Shown: positions 9,143 to 18,217, numbered from the stretch's first letter. The stretch: DNA of 32,000 nt from Nitrosopumilaceae archaeon (GCA_035528495.1 DATKYM010000100.1:72784-104783); one strand, 5' to 3'. Program-made: numbers and translations. The notes: generated from the letters alone by a model not told the origin.

Positions 9143-9961
9143 TTGCTTTTTGTGATAGTAAAGATTTTTTTTGTTTTAGCCATATTGATGTTTTCTAGCA
9201 TTCAGGCTTTTGCTCAAAGTGATGAAATTCCATTTCTTGTTGTAAAAACTGACGATAATCACTATGATGAGGGCGACATAATTGTAGTGTCAGGCCAAGT
9301 CCAAACTGTGATTGTTGAAACTCCAATTATTCTTCAAATTTGGTCCCAGGGAAATATGATTGACATTGCTCAATTTTTCCCAGCACAAGATGGTAGTTAT
9401 TCCCAAACAATTATTGCAGAAAAACCATTATGGAAAAATCAAGGGGAGTATGTGATTAGAATATCATATGGTACCGCAAATATTGCCGAAGCCTCAATTA
9501 CTTATACACCAAGGCAAGAATATCTGAAAACTACAGATAGTTTTGAGGTACAAATTCCAAATGGTGGTACCTTCGACCTAGAATATACCATCAATGGAGG
9601 AGAAGTCAAGAATATTATTCTTGACCCAAATAATTTCACTTTATTAATCCAAATCGATTCACCAGATGAGGGAACAATCTCTCTAAAAATTCCCAGAGAA
9701 TCCTTGGATGCTGAAAAATCTGACGGTCAAGATGAGACATTCATTGTTCTAATTGATGATATTCAAGTTCCTTATGAAGAAACAGAGACTAATTCCCAAT
9801 TACGATTCATCTCAATTAATTTTGAAGAAGGAGACTCTGAAATTGCAATCATAGGGACATTTATTGTTCCAGAATTTGGTGCAGTGGCCGCATTAATCTT
9901 AATATCAGGAATTATAATTTCAATAGGAATTTCCAAAAATAAGTTACTATTAAAAATTTAA
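9143..9961 (+). CDS. Secreted surface protein with Ig-like module and diverged PEFG-CTERM tail (paralogue 4)
   Basis: Signal peptide, Ig-like module (YDEGDIIVVSGQVQTV...) and C-terminus FIVPEFGAVAALILISGIIISIGISKNKLLLKI. The start codon is uncertain: TTG at 9143 or in-frame GTG at 9152. Confidence 0.85.
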   Translation: MLFVIVKIFFVLAILMFSSIQAFAQSDEIPFLVVKTDDNHYDEGDIIVVSGQVQTVIVETPIILQIWSQGNMIDIAQFFPAQDGSYSQTIIAEKPLWKNQGEYVIRISYGTANIAEASITYTPRQEYLKTTDSFEVQIPNGGTFDLEYTINGGEVKNIILDPNNFTLLIQIDSPDEGTISLKIPRESLDAEKSDGQDETFIVLIDDIQVPYEETETNSQLRFISINFEEGDSEIAIIGTFIVPEFGAVAALILISGIIISIGISKNKLLLKI

Positions 9962-9968
9962 ATTTTAA

Positions 9969-11126
9969 TTAAAAAGAATATTTTTCTTTAAAGGGTGAAA
10001 AAGCCCGCAGTTCTTTGACCACGTTTTTTAATATTTCAACAGTTTTATCCATCTCTTCTAAATTATTTGATGTCCCAATAGTGAGTCGTAAAGAACCTGT
10101 TATTTGCTCGTGAGAAAATCCCATTGCTTGGAGTACATGAGATGCTTTTTGTATTTGGACTGAACATGCAGAACCCGTAGATGCAGCAATTCCGAATTCA
10201 TCGAGTTTAATTAAAAGATCTTCGCCGTTAACGCCAAGAAAAGTCAAGTGAACATTATTTGGTAATCTTTCTTCAGGATGACCATTCAAGGTAACTTCAG
10301 GAATTTCTTGTATGATTTTGGTAGAAAGATAATCTCGTAATTCTTTCATTTTGGTGGAATTCTCCAAAAGATTAATGCTTGCCAGTTCACAGGCTTTTCC
10401 AAAACCTACAATGTTAGCTACATTTTCTGTTCCTGAACGTAAACCATTTTCTTGGCCACCACCTAGAATAATTGGATCTATTGAGATTCCATTTCTAATG
10501 TATAAGGCTCCTATTCCTTTAGGACCGTTAATTTTATGAGAAGAAATCGAAAGAAGATCTATTCCTAATTCTTTTACATTTATTGGGATCTTTCCTGTAG
10601 CCTGAACTGCATCAGTATGAAAAATAATATTTTTTTCTTTACAGATTTTGGCAAAATCAAATATTGGTTGAATTGTTCCCACTTCGTTATTTCCAAACAT
10701 GATAGAGACAAGTAAAGTATTTTCGGTGACGGAATTTTTTAAAATCAATGGATCTACCAATCCATAATTATTTACGGGTAGATGGATTATATCAAATCCC
10801 TCCTTGGCCAATATTTTACACGGCTCCAAAATCGCATCATGTTCGATCGATGAAGTGATAATGCGAGACTTGGGATTTTTCTTTGTTATTCCAAAAAGAA
10901 CCATATTATTTGATTCAGTACCTCCAGAAGTAAATAGAATTTCAGAAGGATCGGCGTTAATTAAATTTGCAATCTGTTTTCTTGCTTTCTTTACAGCTTT
11001 ACCTGCATCGCGGCCATACCTATGAATTGATGAAGGGTTTCCATATTGTTCCTTTAGATAAGGTAGCATTTCTTCAAGTACTAATTCATGTATTTTTGTA
11101 GAGGCAGCATTATCTAGATAAATCAA
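9969..11126 (-). CDS. Cysteine desulfurase (NifS/IscS-like, PLP-dependent)
   Basis: MIYLDNAASTK...YGNPSSIHRYGRDAG..., FTSGGTESNNMVLFG, FHTDAVQATGKIPI, LLSISSHKINGPKGIGALYI (PLP lysine), and TGSACS near the C-terminus. Confidence 0.93.
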   Translation of the reverse strand: MIYLDNAASTKIHELVLEEMLPYLKEQYGNPSSIHRYGRDAGKAVKKARKQIANLINADPSEILFTSGGTESNNMVLFGITKKNPKSRIITSSIEHDAILEPCKILAKEGFDIIHLPVNNYGLVDPLILKNSVTENTLLVSIMFGNNEVGTIQPIFDFAKICKEKNIIFHTDAVQATGKIPINVKELGIDLLSISSHKINGPKGIGALYIRNGISIDPIILGGGQENGLRSGTENVANIVGFGKACELASINLLENSTKMKELRDYLSTKIIQEIPEVTLNGHPEERLPNNVHLTFLGVNGEDLLIKLDEFGIAASTGSACSVQIQKASHVLQAMGFSHEQITGSLRLTIGTSNNLEEMDKTVEILKNVVKELRAFSPFKEKYSF

Positions 11127-11932
11127 TCTGCGATCACATTTATTTTTCCTGGTTTATACCCATCAGGATCTACAATAACATCTAAAAATCCAATTAATTT
11201 TAGTTTCTTGATAATATCTTCTAGAATTGCGCTATCCCTTAAAATCTGAATTTTGTCTTTTTCTACTTCTATTTTCGCTATACCATTTAAATCTCTCACC
11301 CTGACTTGTTTTAATTTTGTTCTTTGTTTTACAATTGTTTCTCCAAACTCTATTCTAAGTAATCTTTCAGATGTAATTTTTTGACCCCAAGGAATCCTAG
11401 ATGCTAAACAAGAATTAGAAGGTTTATCATAAACTGATAATCCAACGGATTTTGCAATTTCTCTAATTTCATTTTTATTTAATTGATTTTCTACTAATGG
11501 GCTTCGAATACCATTTTGTTTTAAAGCATCTATCCCAGGCCTATATTCCCCTAAATCATCCAAGTTTGTGCCATCCACAATTAATTCAATATCATGTTTT
11601 TTTGCTAAATCGACTAAATGAGTGCTTAATTCGTTTCTACAATGAAAGCATCTTTTAGAATCATTATTTACAAAATCTTCATTTTCAAGCTCATCATAAT
11701 CTATTAGAATTTGAGATATTCCAATTTCCGAGCAAATTTGTTTTGAAGTTTCAAGTTCTTCTTGTGATAATGTTTTGTAATCAGCAGTAACTGCAATAGC
11801 AGAAGATCCTAATTTTTGATATGCAGCATATGCTACTAAAGCACTATCAACTCCACCAGATAGAGCGACAAAAACACGATTCTTATCTTCAAACCAATTC
11901 GTTAGATTTTCAAGTTTAGTCATGTTCAACAT
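11123..11932 (-). CDS. larE: ATP-dependent sacrificial sulfur transferase LarE (nickel-pincer nucleotide biosynthesis)
   Basis: PP-loop SGGVDSALVAY, RCFHCRNEL, VDGTNLDDLGEYRPG, and KPSNSCLASRIPWG. C175 falls in the position expected for the sacrificial Cys of LarE. Confidence 0.9.
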   Translation of the reverse strand: MLNMTKLENLTNWFEDKNRVFVALSGGVDSALVAYAAYQKLGSSAIAVTADYKTLSQEELETSKQICSEIGISQILIDYDELENEDFVNNDSKRCFHCRNELSTHLVDLAKKHDIELIVDGTNLDDLGEYRPGIDALKQNGIRSPLVENQLNKNEIREIAKSVGLSVYDKPSNSCLASRIPWGQKITSERLLRIEFGETIVKQRTKLKQVRVRDLNGIAKIEVEKDKIQILRDSAILEDIIKKLKLIGFLDVIVDPDGYKPGKINVIAD

Positions 11933-11934
11933 TC

Positions 11935-13152
11935 CTACCGTATGATTTCTTTTCTAATCAATAGTTCGGTTTCCTTAATTGATTTATTGAGGTGGTTTGC
12001 GATTTTTTTCAAATCGTCAAATTCAATTTTAAAGGTAGATTTTCCTTTAAAAGTTGAAGATTTGTATCTTACATCAAAGATTTCATTTTCCAAAGTTATT
12101 TTTACTTCATTGGTTGTTCTTGGGACAGTTATTCTATCAGAGGACATAACTCGTATTCCCAAGGTTCCAGTTTCGGTAATCAAAGTATCAGTTATCTTCT
12201 CCATGGTGGTATAATCACATATTATAGATACAAGATTTGTGGGTCTGCCTTTTTTTGTAATTCCATGATAAATGGATGCATCCTTGGCACCATCAACCAT
12301 AATTTTTTCAATTAGATTTCCCAATATTTCCCCAGAAACATCATCTACATTTGTTTCGAGAATAATAACTGAATCAGTTTCAAAATTATTTTTTAACCCC
12401 TTTACAATTTTTACCACATTAGAGAAATTATCAAAATCATTTTTCCCTGCCCCATATCCAATAGAATTGATTTTCATTGAGGGATAAAATTCAATTGGAG
12501 TATTAGTTAAATTTACTAAAATACAGGCCCCAGTCGGAGTAGTTAATTCATTTTTTACAATACTGCCATGAATTATCAAATTAGAATTTTTTAAAATTTC
12601 AAGAACTGCACTTGCAGGATTAGTCATTGTTCCATGTGAGAAAGTTATCGTGCCACTTCCAACACAAATGGGCATAGAGACGATTTCGTCATCGAAAAAG
12701 CCTAAATCATCAATTGCTATTCCAACTCCTATTATGTCAACAAGAGTATCAATGCTTGATGCCTCATGGAAATGAACAGATTCTATTGAAATTCCATGAA
12801 TTTTTGATTCAGCTGCAATAAGAGTATCAATGCAAGATTCCACAAAAATTTTTGTCCTCTTAGATAGCCCCAATTCGTTTGCTGATTTTTTTATAGCTTG
12901 TTTAATTTCAGAGCCCTTTCTTTCATGTGTTTTTTCATCGATATCTAAAATTAACGCAGTGGATTCTATTCCATGTTTATTGACTTTGATAAAATCAATT
13001 TTTTTTATGTTAGAATCTGGAAGAAATTTTTTTGAAGATTGTATTCCATCAAGTATCTTATTTTTATTTGCCCCCAAATCAACTAAGGAGCATAAAATCA
13101 TATCCCCAGATATGCCAGCTACATATGGATCTATAACGATGACCATAGACAA
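11935..13152 (-). CDS. larC: Nickel-pincer cofactor nickel-insertion protein LarC
   Basis: MVIVIDPYVAGISGDMILCSLVDLGA, ESVHFHEASSIDTLVDIIG, VGSGTITFSHGTMTNPASAVLEIL, and ETNVDDVSGEILG. All are LarC/DUF111 family features in one contiguous ORF. The start may be the second Met (13146). Confidence 0.92.
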   Translation of the reverse strand: MSMVIVIDPYVAGISGDMILCSLVDLGANKNKILDGIQSSKKFLPDSNIKKIDFIKVNKHGIESTALILDIDEKTHERKGSEIKQAIKKSANELGLSKRTKIFVESCIDTLIAAESKIHGISIESVHFHEASSIDTLVDIIGVGIAIDDLGFFDDEIVSMPICVGSGTITFSHGTMTNPASAVLEILKNSNLIIHGSIVKNELTTPTGACILVNLTNTPIEFYPSMKINSIGYGAGKNDFDNFSNVVKIVKGLKNNFETDSVIILETNVDDVSGEILGNLIEKIMVDGAKDASIYHGITKKGRPTNLVSIICDYTTMEKITDTLITETGTLGIRVMSSDRITVPRTTNEVKITLENEIFDVRYKSSTFKGKSTFKIEFDDLKKIANHLNKSIKETELLIRKEIIR

Positions 13153-13238
13153 AAAATAACTAAAAATGCATATAAATTATGTCTAATTAATTCACAAATT
13201 TCACTAGATTTAATTAATGAAATTTAACACATCTTTTC

Positions 13239-14153
13239 ATGATTACAATTATAGGATCCGGAAAGGTTGGTGGAGATGCAGCATTATTTTCTGCATTAAA
13301 ACGATTAGACGATCAAATATTGTTACTTGATGTTGTTGATGGACTCCCTCAAGGAGAAGCAATGGATATCAATCATATGTTATCAGAGCAAGGAATTGAC
13401 GTAAAGGTTACAGGTTCTAATAATTTTGCCGACATGGAAGGTTCTAAAATAGTTGTAGTTGTGGCAGGTTCTGGAAGAAAACCCGGAATGACTAGAATGG
13501 ATCTTTTAAAAATCAACGCTAATGTTGTTAAAAGCGTTGTTGAAAATATAAAAAAACATGCAAATGATTCTATGATTATCCCAGTTACAAACCCCTTAGA
13601 TCCAATGGCTTACGTCACTTACAAATCATCAGGATTTGAGAAAAACAGAGTTTTTGGAATGGGTGGAATGCTAGATTTGTCAAGATTTAGACAATTTATC
13701 CATGAAGCTACAGGACATTCTCGTGATTCCATTAGAGCGCTTGTAATAGGGGAACACGGTGAAAACATGTTACCACTTCCTAGGTTTTCATCTGTTTCAG
13801 GTATCCCTCTATCTTCATTTCTACCAAAAGAAAAATTAGATGAAATTGTTCAAAATACAAAGCAAGTTGCGGCAAGAGTAATTGAATTAAAGGGGGCAAC
13901 TGTTCATGCTCCTGGAAATGCCATCTCTGCAATTATAGAATCAGTTGTAAGAGATAGGAAACAGATAATTCCAGTCGCCACATATCTTGATGGGGAATAT
14001 GGGCATTCAGATGTCACAATTGGAGTGCCAGCAATAATCGGAAAGAACGGCGTAGAAAAAATAATAGAGTTAGATCTTAATGACGAAGAGAAAAAAATAT
14101 TTGATCTAGGGGTAAAAAATGTAAAGGAAGCCATTTCGGGTATGGAAATCTAA
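13239..14153 (+). CDS. mdh: NAD-dependent malate dehydrogenase (LDH/MDH superfamily)
   Basis: [18 protein letters not shown]...[30 protein letters not shown] (Arg in the substrate-discriminating loop, as in malate enzymes), [11 protein letters not shown], and [10 protein letters not shown]. Confidence 0.9.
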   Translation: MITIIGSGKVGGDAALFSALKRLDDQILLLDVVDGLPQGEAMDINHMLSEQGIDVKVTGSNNFADMEGSKIVVVVAGSGRKPGMTRMDLLKINANVVKSVVENIKKHANDSMIIPVTNPLDPMAYVTYKSSGFEKNRVFGMGGMLDLSRFRQFIHEATGHSRDSIRALVIGEHGENMLPLPRFSSVSGIPLSSFLPKEKLDEIVQNTKQVAARVIELKGATVHAPGNAISAIIESVVRDRKQIIPVATYLDGEYGHSDVTIGVPAIIGKNGVEKIIELDLNDEEKKIFDLGVKNVKEAISGMEI

Positions 14154-14186
14154 GCCTTTTTTTATTCAATAACAATTTAATCATTA

Positions 14187-14972
14187 TTGGAAATTCAAGA
14201 AATTCTAGAATCATTGGAAAGGAGAAAAATTTCTACTCAAACTGCCAAAAAAATGTTGTCACTTTATTCAATCGAACAAATAGAAAATATAGCTAAAATT
14301 GACGTAAATAGAAGAAAAAGAAGAGGAATACCTGAAGTAATTTTTGGAGAAAGTAAATCTATTGACGAAATAAAGAAGATCCTCAAAATTACATTGGAAA
14401 AAACCAATTCAGTAATTGTGTCTAGAATAAAACCAGAAGATTATCCTAAAATAATTTCTTTTTGTAAACGATTGAAAATAAAAATAAAGGTGGGGAAAAA
14501 ATCATCCTCACTTTTATTATTTAAAAAACCAATTAAATTCAATGGAGGTAAAATTGGGATAATAACTGCAGGGACATCAGATATTGGAGTAGCAGAAGAA
14601 GCAAGATTGATGTGTGAAGCTATGAATTGCAAAAGCATTACAAGTTATGATGTTGGAGTTGCAGGAATTCAACGAATATTTCCTATTTTAAAAGAAATGA
14701 TAGAAAAAGAGGTTGATTGCGTCATAGTTGTAGCTGGAATGGAAGGTGCTTTGGCAACATTGGTTTCTTCTATGGTAGATATTCCCGTTATTGGAGTACC
14801 TACATCTGTTGGATATGGTTATGGTGAAAAAGGAATTGCAGCCCTTGCTTCAATGTTACAAAGCTGTTCGCTGGGCTTATCTGTTGTAAACATTGATAAT
14901 GGAATTGCAGCAGGTGCCATTGCAGCTAATATTTCCAACAGAGTCAATGGCAAAAACAAAAAGACGGAATAA
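14187..14972 (+). CDS. larB: Nickel-pincer cofactor biosynthesis protein LarB (AIR carboxylase-like)
   Basis: RRKRRGIPEVIFGESKS at the N-terminus, then IGIITAGTSDIGVAEEA, VAGMEGALATLVSSMVDIPVIGVPTSVGYGYGEKGIAALASMLQSCSLGLSVVNIDNGIAAGAIA. TTG start. Confidence 0.93.
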   Translation: MEIQEILESLERRKISTQTAKKMLSLYSIEQIENIAKIDVNRRKRRGIPEVIFGESKSIDEIKKILKITLEKTNSVIVSRIKPEDYPKIISFCKRLKIKIKVGKKSSSLLLFKKPIKFNGGKIGIITAGTSDIGVAEEARLMCEAMNCKSITSYDVGVAGIQRIFPILKEMIEKEVDCVIVVAGMEGALATLVSSMVDIPVIGVPTSVGYGYGEKGIAALASMLQSCSLGLSVVNIDNGIAAGAIAANISNRVNGKNKKTE

Positions 14973-15034
14973 TACTAATTTTTTGAATTTTTCGAACTTG
15001 TGTTCATAATTGGAGAATTTAACCTCGTAAATCA

Positions 15035-15042
15035 TATATAAG
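15035..15042 (+). promoter_or_regulatory. Putative TATA box of the radical SAM gene
   Basis: tatataag ending 24 nt before the TTG start at 15067. Confidence 0.5.
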
Positions 15043-15066
15043 ATATCAAATCGAAACTGGATAGTA

Positions 15067-16644
15067 TTGTCGGGTAAAAGAATTGTTTTAACTGCAGATC
15101 GTAGTTTGATGACAAATTATCGAGGAAATTTTCTTTATGGATTTATTGCGTGTGGCCCATATGAAGTCCTTCCAGAATGGGTCTTCGACAAAGTTTTCTG
15201 TCCACCTGTTGAAACAAACCCGATAACTGGTGAAGTAAAAGTTGCACAAGTAGGGCTAAGAAGAGTGGAGAGTTCTCTTCTTCAAGGATACAAAAGAGAC
15301 GAGGTGTTTATTGCAAATCCTGAAATGTTGGACAAATCAATTGGACCAGATACTAAAGTTGTTGGAATAAATGTCATGGATCCACTTGGAATGGCTCCTG
15401 TAACAACAACAATGTCTCCTGAAAAATTATCTTATGTTGCCATGAAATTTAAAAAAATGTGTGCCAATATTATCCAACTCAAAAAGAAATATGATTTTAA
15501 AGTTGTAGTTGGAGGTAACGGTGCTTGGGAATTAGCAAAATCAGATAGAATGAAAATTCATGGGATAGACACCGTGGTGGTAGGTGAAGCCGATGAATTG
15601 GCCTTGGATTTATTTCGTGATTTAGAAAAGGGAGACGCACCAGAGTTGATGCATTGTTTTGTAAGAAATATACAAAACATTCCAGTTATTGAAGGTCCAA
15701 CAATTAATTCACTAATAGAGGCAATGCGAGGATGTGGAAGAGGTTGTGATTTTTGTGATGTTAATAAAAGATCCAAAAAAGATCTTCCATTAGAAAGACT
15801 TCAACATGAGGCAAAAATAAATCTGGATTACGGTTTTGATTCAATTTGGTTGCATTCAGATGAAATGTTATTGTATGGATGTGATAATCGAGATTTTATC
15901 CCAAATAGAGATGCCATTACAGAATTATGGAAAGGACTAAAAGGATTAGGTGCAAATTTTATTGGGACAACACATATGACTTTCTCTGCAGTTGCAGCAG
16001 ATGAAAAGTTAATGCAGAATATTTCTCAAATTAACGAACAAGATGTAACCGGTAGATGGCTTGCCACTAATTTAGGAATTGAAACTGTTTCGCCGAATTT
16101 GGTAAAGAAACATCTTGGTGTTAAAACTAAACCTTTTGCACCTGAAGAATGGGGAAGTGTAGTCAGAGAGGGGGCTAAAATATTAAATGAAAATCATTGG
16201 TTCCCAGCTGCAACAATTATCATCGGCTGGCCAGATGAAACACCAGATGATAGTCAATATACGATAGATATGATTAGTGATTTCAGAGCCATGAACTTTA
16301 GAGGGCTGGTTGCACCATTACTCTATCAAGACTTTAGTGAAAAAAACTCCATGCATTTTGGAAATTTGAACGAGGCTCAGTTTACATTGTTTTGGAAATG
16401 TTGGGAAAATAATCTTCGTGTTATTAATGATATTATTCCAATTATTCTTAGAAACAAAACATATGGTCCACCAATGAAGATATTCATGTATGGAATTCTA
16501 AAAGCTGGTACTTGGGCAATAATGAGATATCTTCGAGGCTTATGTAAAGATCTATTTAATGGAAGAACACCGGATGAAATTATCGACAAGTATGCACGTG
16601 CCAGATCAGTGTCTGCACCAACGATTCAAACAAAGAAACTATAG
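15067..16644 (+). CDS. Radical SAM protein with N-terminal cobalamin-binding-like region
   Basis: 525 aa with Cys motif MRGCGRGCDFCDVNKRS (CxxxCxxC), preceded by a Rossmann-like region (VVGGNGAWELAK...IDTVVVGEADELALDLF) typical of B12-binding radical SAM enzymes. TTG start. Confidence 0.85.
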   Translation: MSGKRIVLTADRSLMTNYRGNFLYGFIACGPYEVLPEWVFDKVFCPPVETNPITGEVKVAQVGLRRVESSLLQGYKRDEVFIANPEMLDKSIGPDTKVVGINVMDPLGMAPVTTTMSPEKLSYVAMKFKKMCANIIQLKKKYDFKVVVGGNGAWELAKSDRMKIHGIDTVVVGEADELALDLFRDLEKGDAPELMHCFVRNIQNIPVIEGPTINSLIEAMRGCGRGCDFCDVNKRSKKDLPLERLQHEAKINLDYGFDSIWLHSDEMLLYGCDNRDFIPNRDAITELWKGLKGLGANFIGTTHMTFSAVAADEKLMQNISQINEQDVTGRWLATNLGIETVSPNLVKKHLGVKTKPFAPEEWGSVVREGAKILNENHWFPAATIIIGWPDETPDDSQYTIDMISDFRAMNFRGLVAPLLYQDFSEKNSMHFGNLNEAQFTLFWKCWENNLRVINDIIPIILRNKTYGPPMKIFMYGILKAGTWAIMRYLRGLCKDLFNGRTPDEIIDKYARARSVSAPTIQTKKL

Positions 16645-16962
16645 TTTTTCAATTGCAAAATCAGCAATTGTATTTCGTTTTGGAGTTAAAGACACAAAAT
16701 AATTTTTATCAGCTCTTTCAATTGAATCTACTTTTTTGAAAGATTTTGACGTAAAATCAAATTCATAGATTCCAGGCTCAAGTGTTCCTTTAGCATATAT
16801 CATCAGATACGTGTCATCTGATGAAGATCCTAAGGGAATAAAAGACATAACATAACCTTTGTAAGAATTTATTGGCATTGTATTTTTCATTGGAGGTGCT
16901 GCTGAGGACATATACATAAAGACGTCTTCAATAGAATCAAATTCTTCATATTCTATTTGCAT
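16639..16962 (-). CDS. Hypothetical protein (107 aa)
   Basis: ORF track only. It overlaps the 3' end of the radical SAM gene convergently by 6 nt. No family recognised. Confidence 0.6.
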   Translation of the reverse strand: MQIEYEEFDSIEDVFMYMSSAAPPMKNTMPINSYKGYVMSFIPLGSSSDDTYLMIYAKGTLEPGIYEFDFTSKSFKKVDSIERADKNYFVSLTPKRNTIADFAIEKL

Positions 16963-17042
16963 TAATTTTGCATGATCTTTTTAGTATAATAACTTAGAGT
17001 AAAAATCCCCAAAAATATGGAATTTCAAAGGAAGTAAAAAAT

Positions 17043-17192
17043 CTAAGATGTAGTATTTCTTGATTGTTTATTTTTAATAATCTTAATAATCACAGCCATC
17101 ACAATTATTATTATTGTTAAAATAAATGCCAAAACACCAATTTCTATAGTAAATAAAAACACATTGGAAAAAAGGGTCAAAAAGAAATTCAT
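17043..17192 (-). CDS. Small single-helix membrane protein (probable start at internal Met, 49 aa)
   Basis: MNFFLTLFSNVFLFTIEIGVLAFILTIIIIVMAVIIKIIKNKQSRNTTS. The longer listed ORF (to 17255) would overlap the upstream gene by 41 nt. Confidence 0.4.
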   Translation of the reverse strand: MNFFLTLFSNVFLFTIEIGVLAFILTIIIIVMAVIIKIIKNKQSRNTTS

Positions 17193-17214
17193 TTTAATTC
17201 TGAAAAGAAAAAAA

Positions 17215-18186
17215 TTAAATTTTTGATTTAATTTGCCTATGAATTGTAAATCCAATAGCGGCTGGGGCTGCCAAATACAAACCCAAATTTAGCGCAATAA
17301 CAGATATTCCCAAAGCTAAGACTTGACTATCGTTTCCTTCTTCTGCTAATGTCATTATGGACAAAGTAGAAATCATCGGGGTGATAAATAATCTAACAGC
17401 CTCTTGGAAGACCGGATTCTCTCTTTCCAGATCAGCGATTGTTGGTGAGAATGAATAGTATAATTGGTTAAAACCAGTCATAAATGCTGAGCCTGATGTA
17501 GTTCCCATCACGGTGTTGTCCCTAATTTCTCTCAAAAATTGGACTTGGGGTGCAAGTTCAGATCCAAATGCCGCCGTAGCAATAAGGCATCCTCCTCCGC
17601 GGTCATTAATCACTTCACATTTACCGTTTACGAGTTCAGTTCCTGTACCACAAATTGGCTCTGGTTCAGGGTCGGGCTCAGTGACTTTAGGTGGTTCGGG
17701 TTCTCTTGGTGGTTCTGGTTCTCTTGGCGGTGTAGGTTCTCTTGGGGTTGTGGGTTCATCTTGTCCTGGTAATGATGGCTCGAAAATTCCACCTGTGTAA
17801 AGCATAGTTGTTTCACCCTTTATTGCCCCAAAGAATAATTGAATTTTATAATTGCCACTCTCCTTGAAGTAAATTCCTCCTGTAACAAAATTAAAAGAAA
17901 ATGTCCCATCAGAATTGGGTACCATCTGACCGATAGTTACAATATTTCCCACTGTATCCATAAGACGGTATGTCAAAGCTGTATTAGAGTGGATATCAGG
18001 ATCGAAATCACGAATGAATCCATCTACATAAGCTCTATCACCATTTTCATATGAGGGTAATTCGGTCTTGGCAGAAATCGGCGGAATATTATGAGAATCT
18101 GCAAATACAGAACCACTAAAGCCATATGAAAAGATGGAGAAAGATAAAAGTACGAACACAAGAAAACCAGCAAGTCTCATTTTCAT
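17215..18186 (-). CDS. Secreted protein: Ig-like domain, Pro/Glu-rich linker, CFI-box-CTERM-like domain
   Basis: Signal peptide, an Ig-like module (YENGDRAYVDGFIRD...GNIVTIGQMVPNSDGTF...), linker PTTPREPTPPREPEPPREPEPPKVTEPDPEPEP, then GGGCLIATAAFGSELAPQVQFLREIRDNTV... and hydrophobic C-terminal segments. Confidence 0.85.
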   Translation of the reverse strand: MKMRLAGFLVFVLLSFSIFSYGFSGSVFADSHNIPPISAKTELPSYENGDRAYVDGFIRDFDPDIHSNTALTYRLMDTVGNIVTIGQMVPNSDGTFSFNFVTGGIYFKESGNYKIQLFFGAIKGETTMLYTGGIFEPSLPGQDEPTTPREPTPPREPEPPREPEPPKVTEPDPEPEPICGTGTELVNGKCEVINDRGGGCLIATAAFGSELAPQVQFLREIRDNTVMGTTSGSAFMTGFNQLYYSFSPTIADLERENPVFQEAVRLFITPMISTLSIMTLAEEGNDSQVLALGISVIALNLGLYLAAPAAIGFTIHRQIKSKI

Positions 18187-18209
18187 TTTGAATCAGGCCT
18201 GAGGGTATT

Positions 18210-18217
18210 TATGTATT
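18210..18217 (-). promoter_or_regulatory. Putative TATA box of the CFI-box protein gene
   Basis: cataaata on the minus strand, 23 nt before the ATG at 18186. Same element as at 8191-8198. Confidence 0.45.

Noticed and set aside
12830-13159. 109-aa plus-strand ORF, with 11942-12214 and 12272-12487
   Set aside because: All are antisense to larC. The larC protein has clear family motifs across its length.
17513-17800. 95-aa ORF rich in GSGSG/GGSGSLGG repeats, and the overlapping 17539-17772 ORF
   Set aside because: Antisense shadows of the Pro/Glu-rich linker of the 17215-18186 gene. The Gly/Ser repeats follow directly from complementing Pro/Glu codons.
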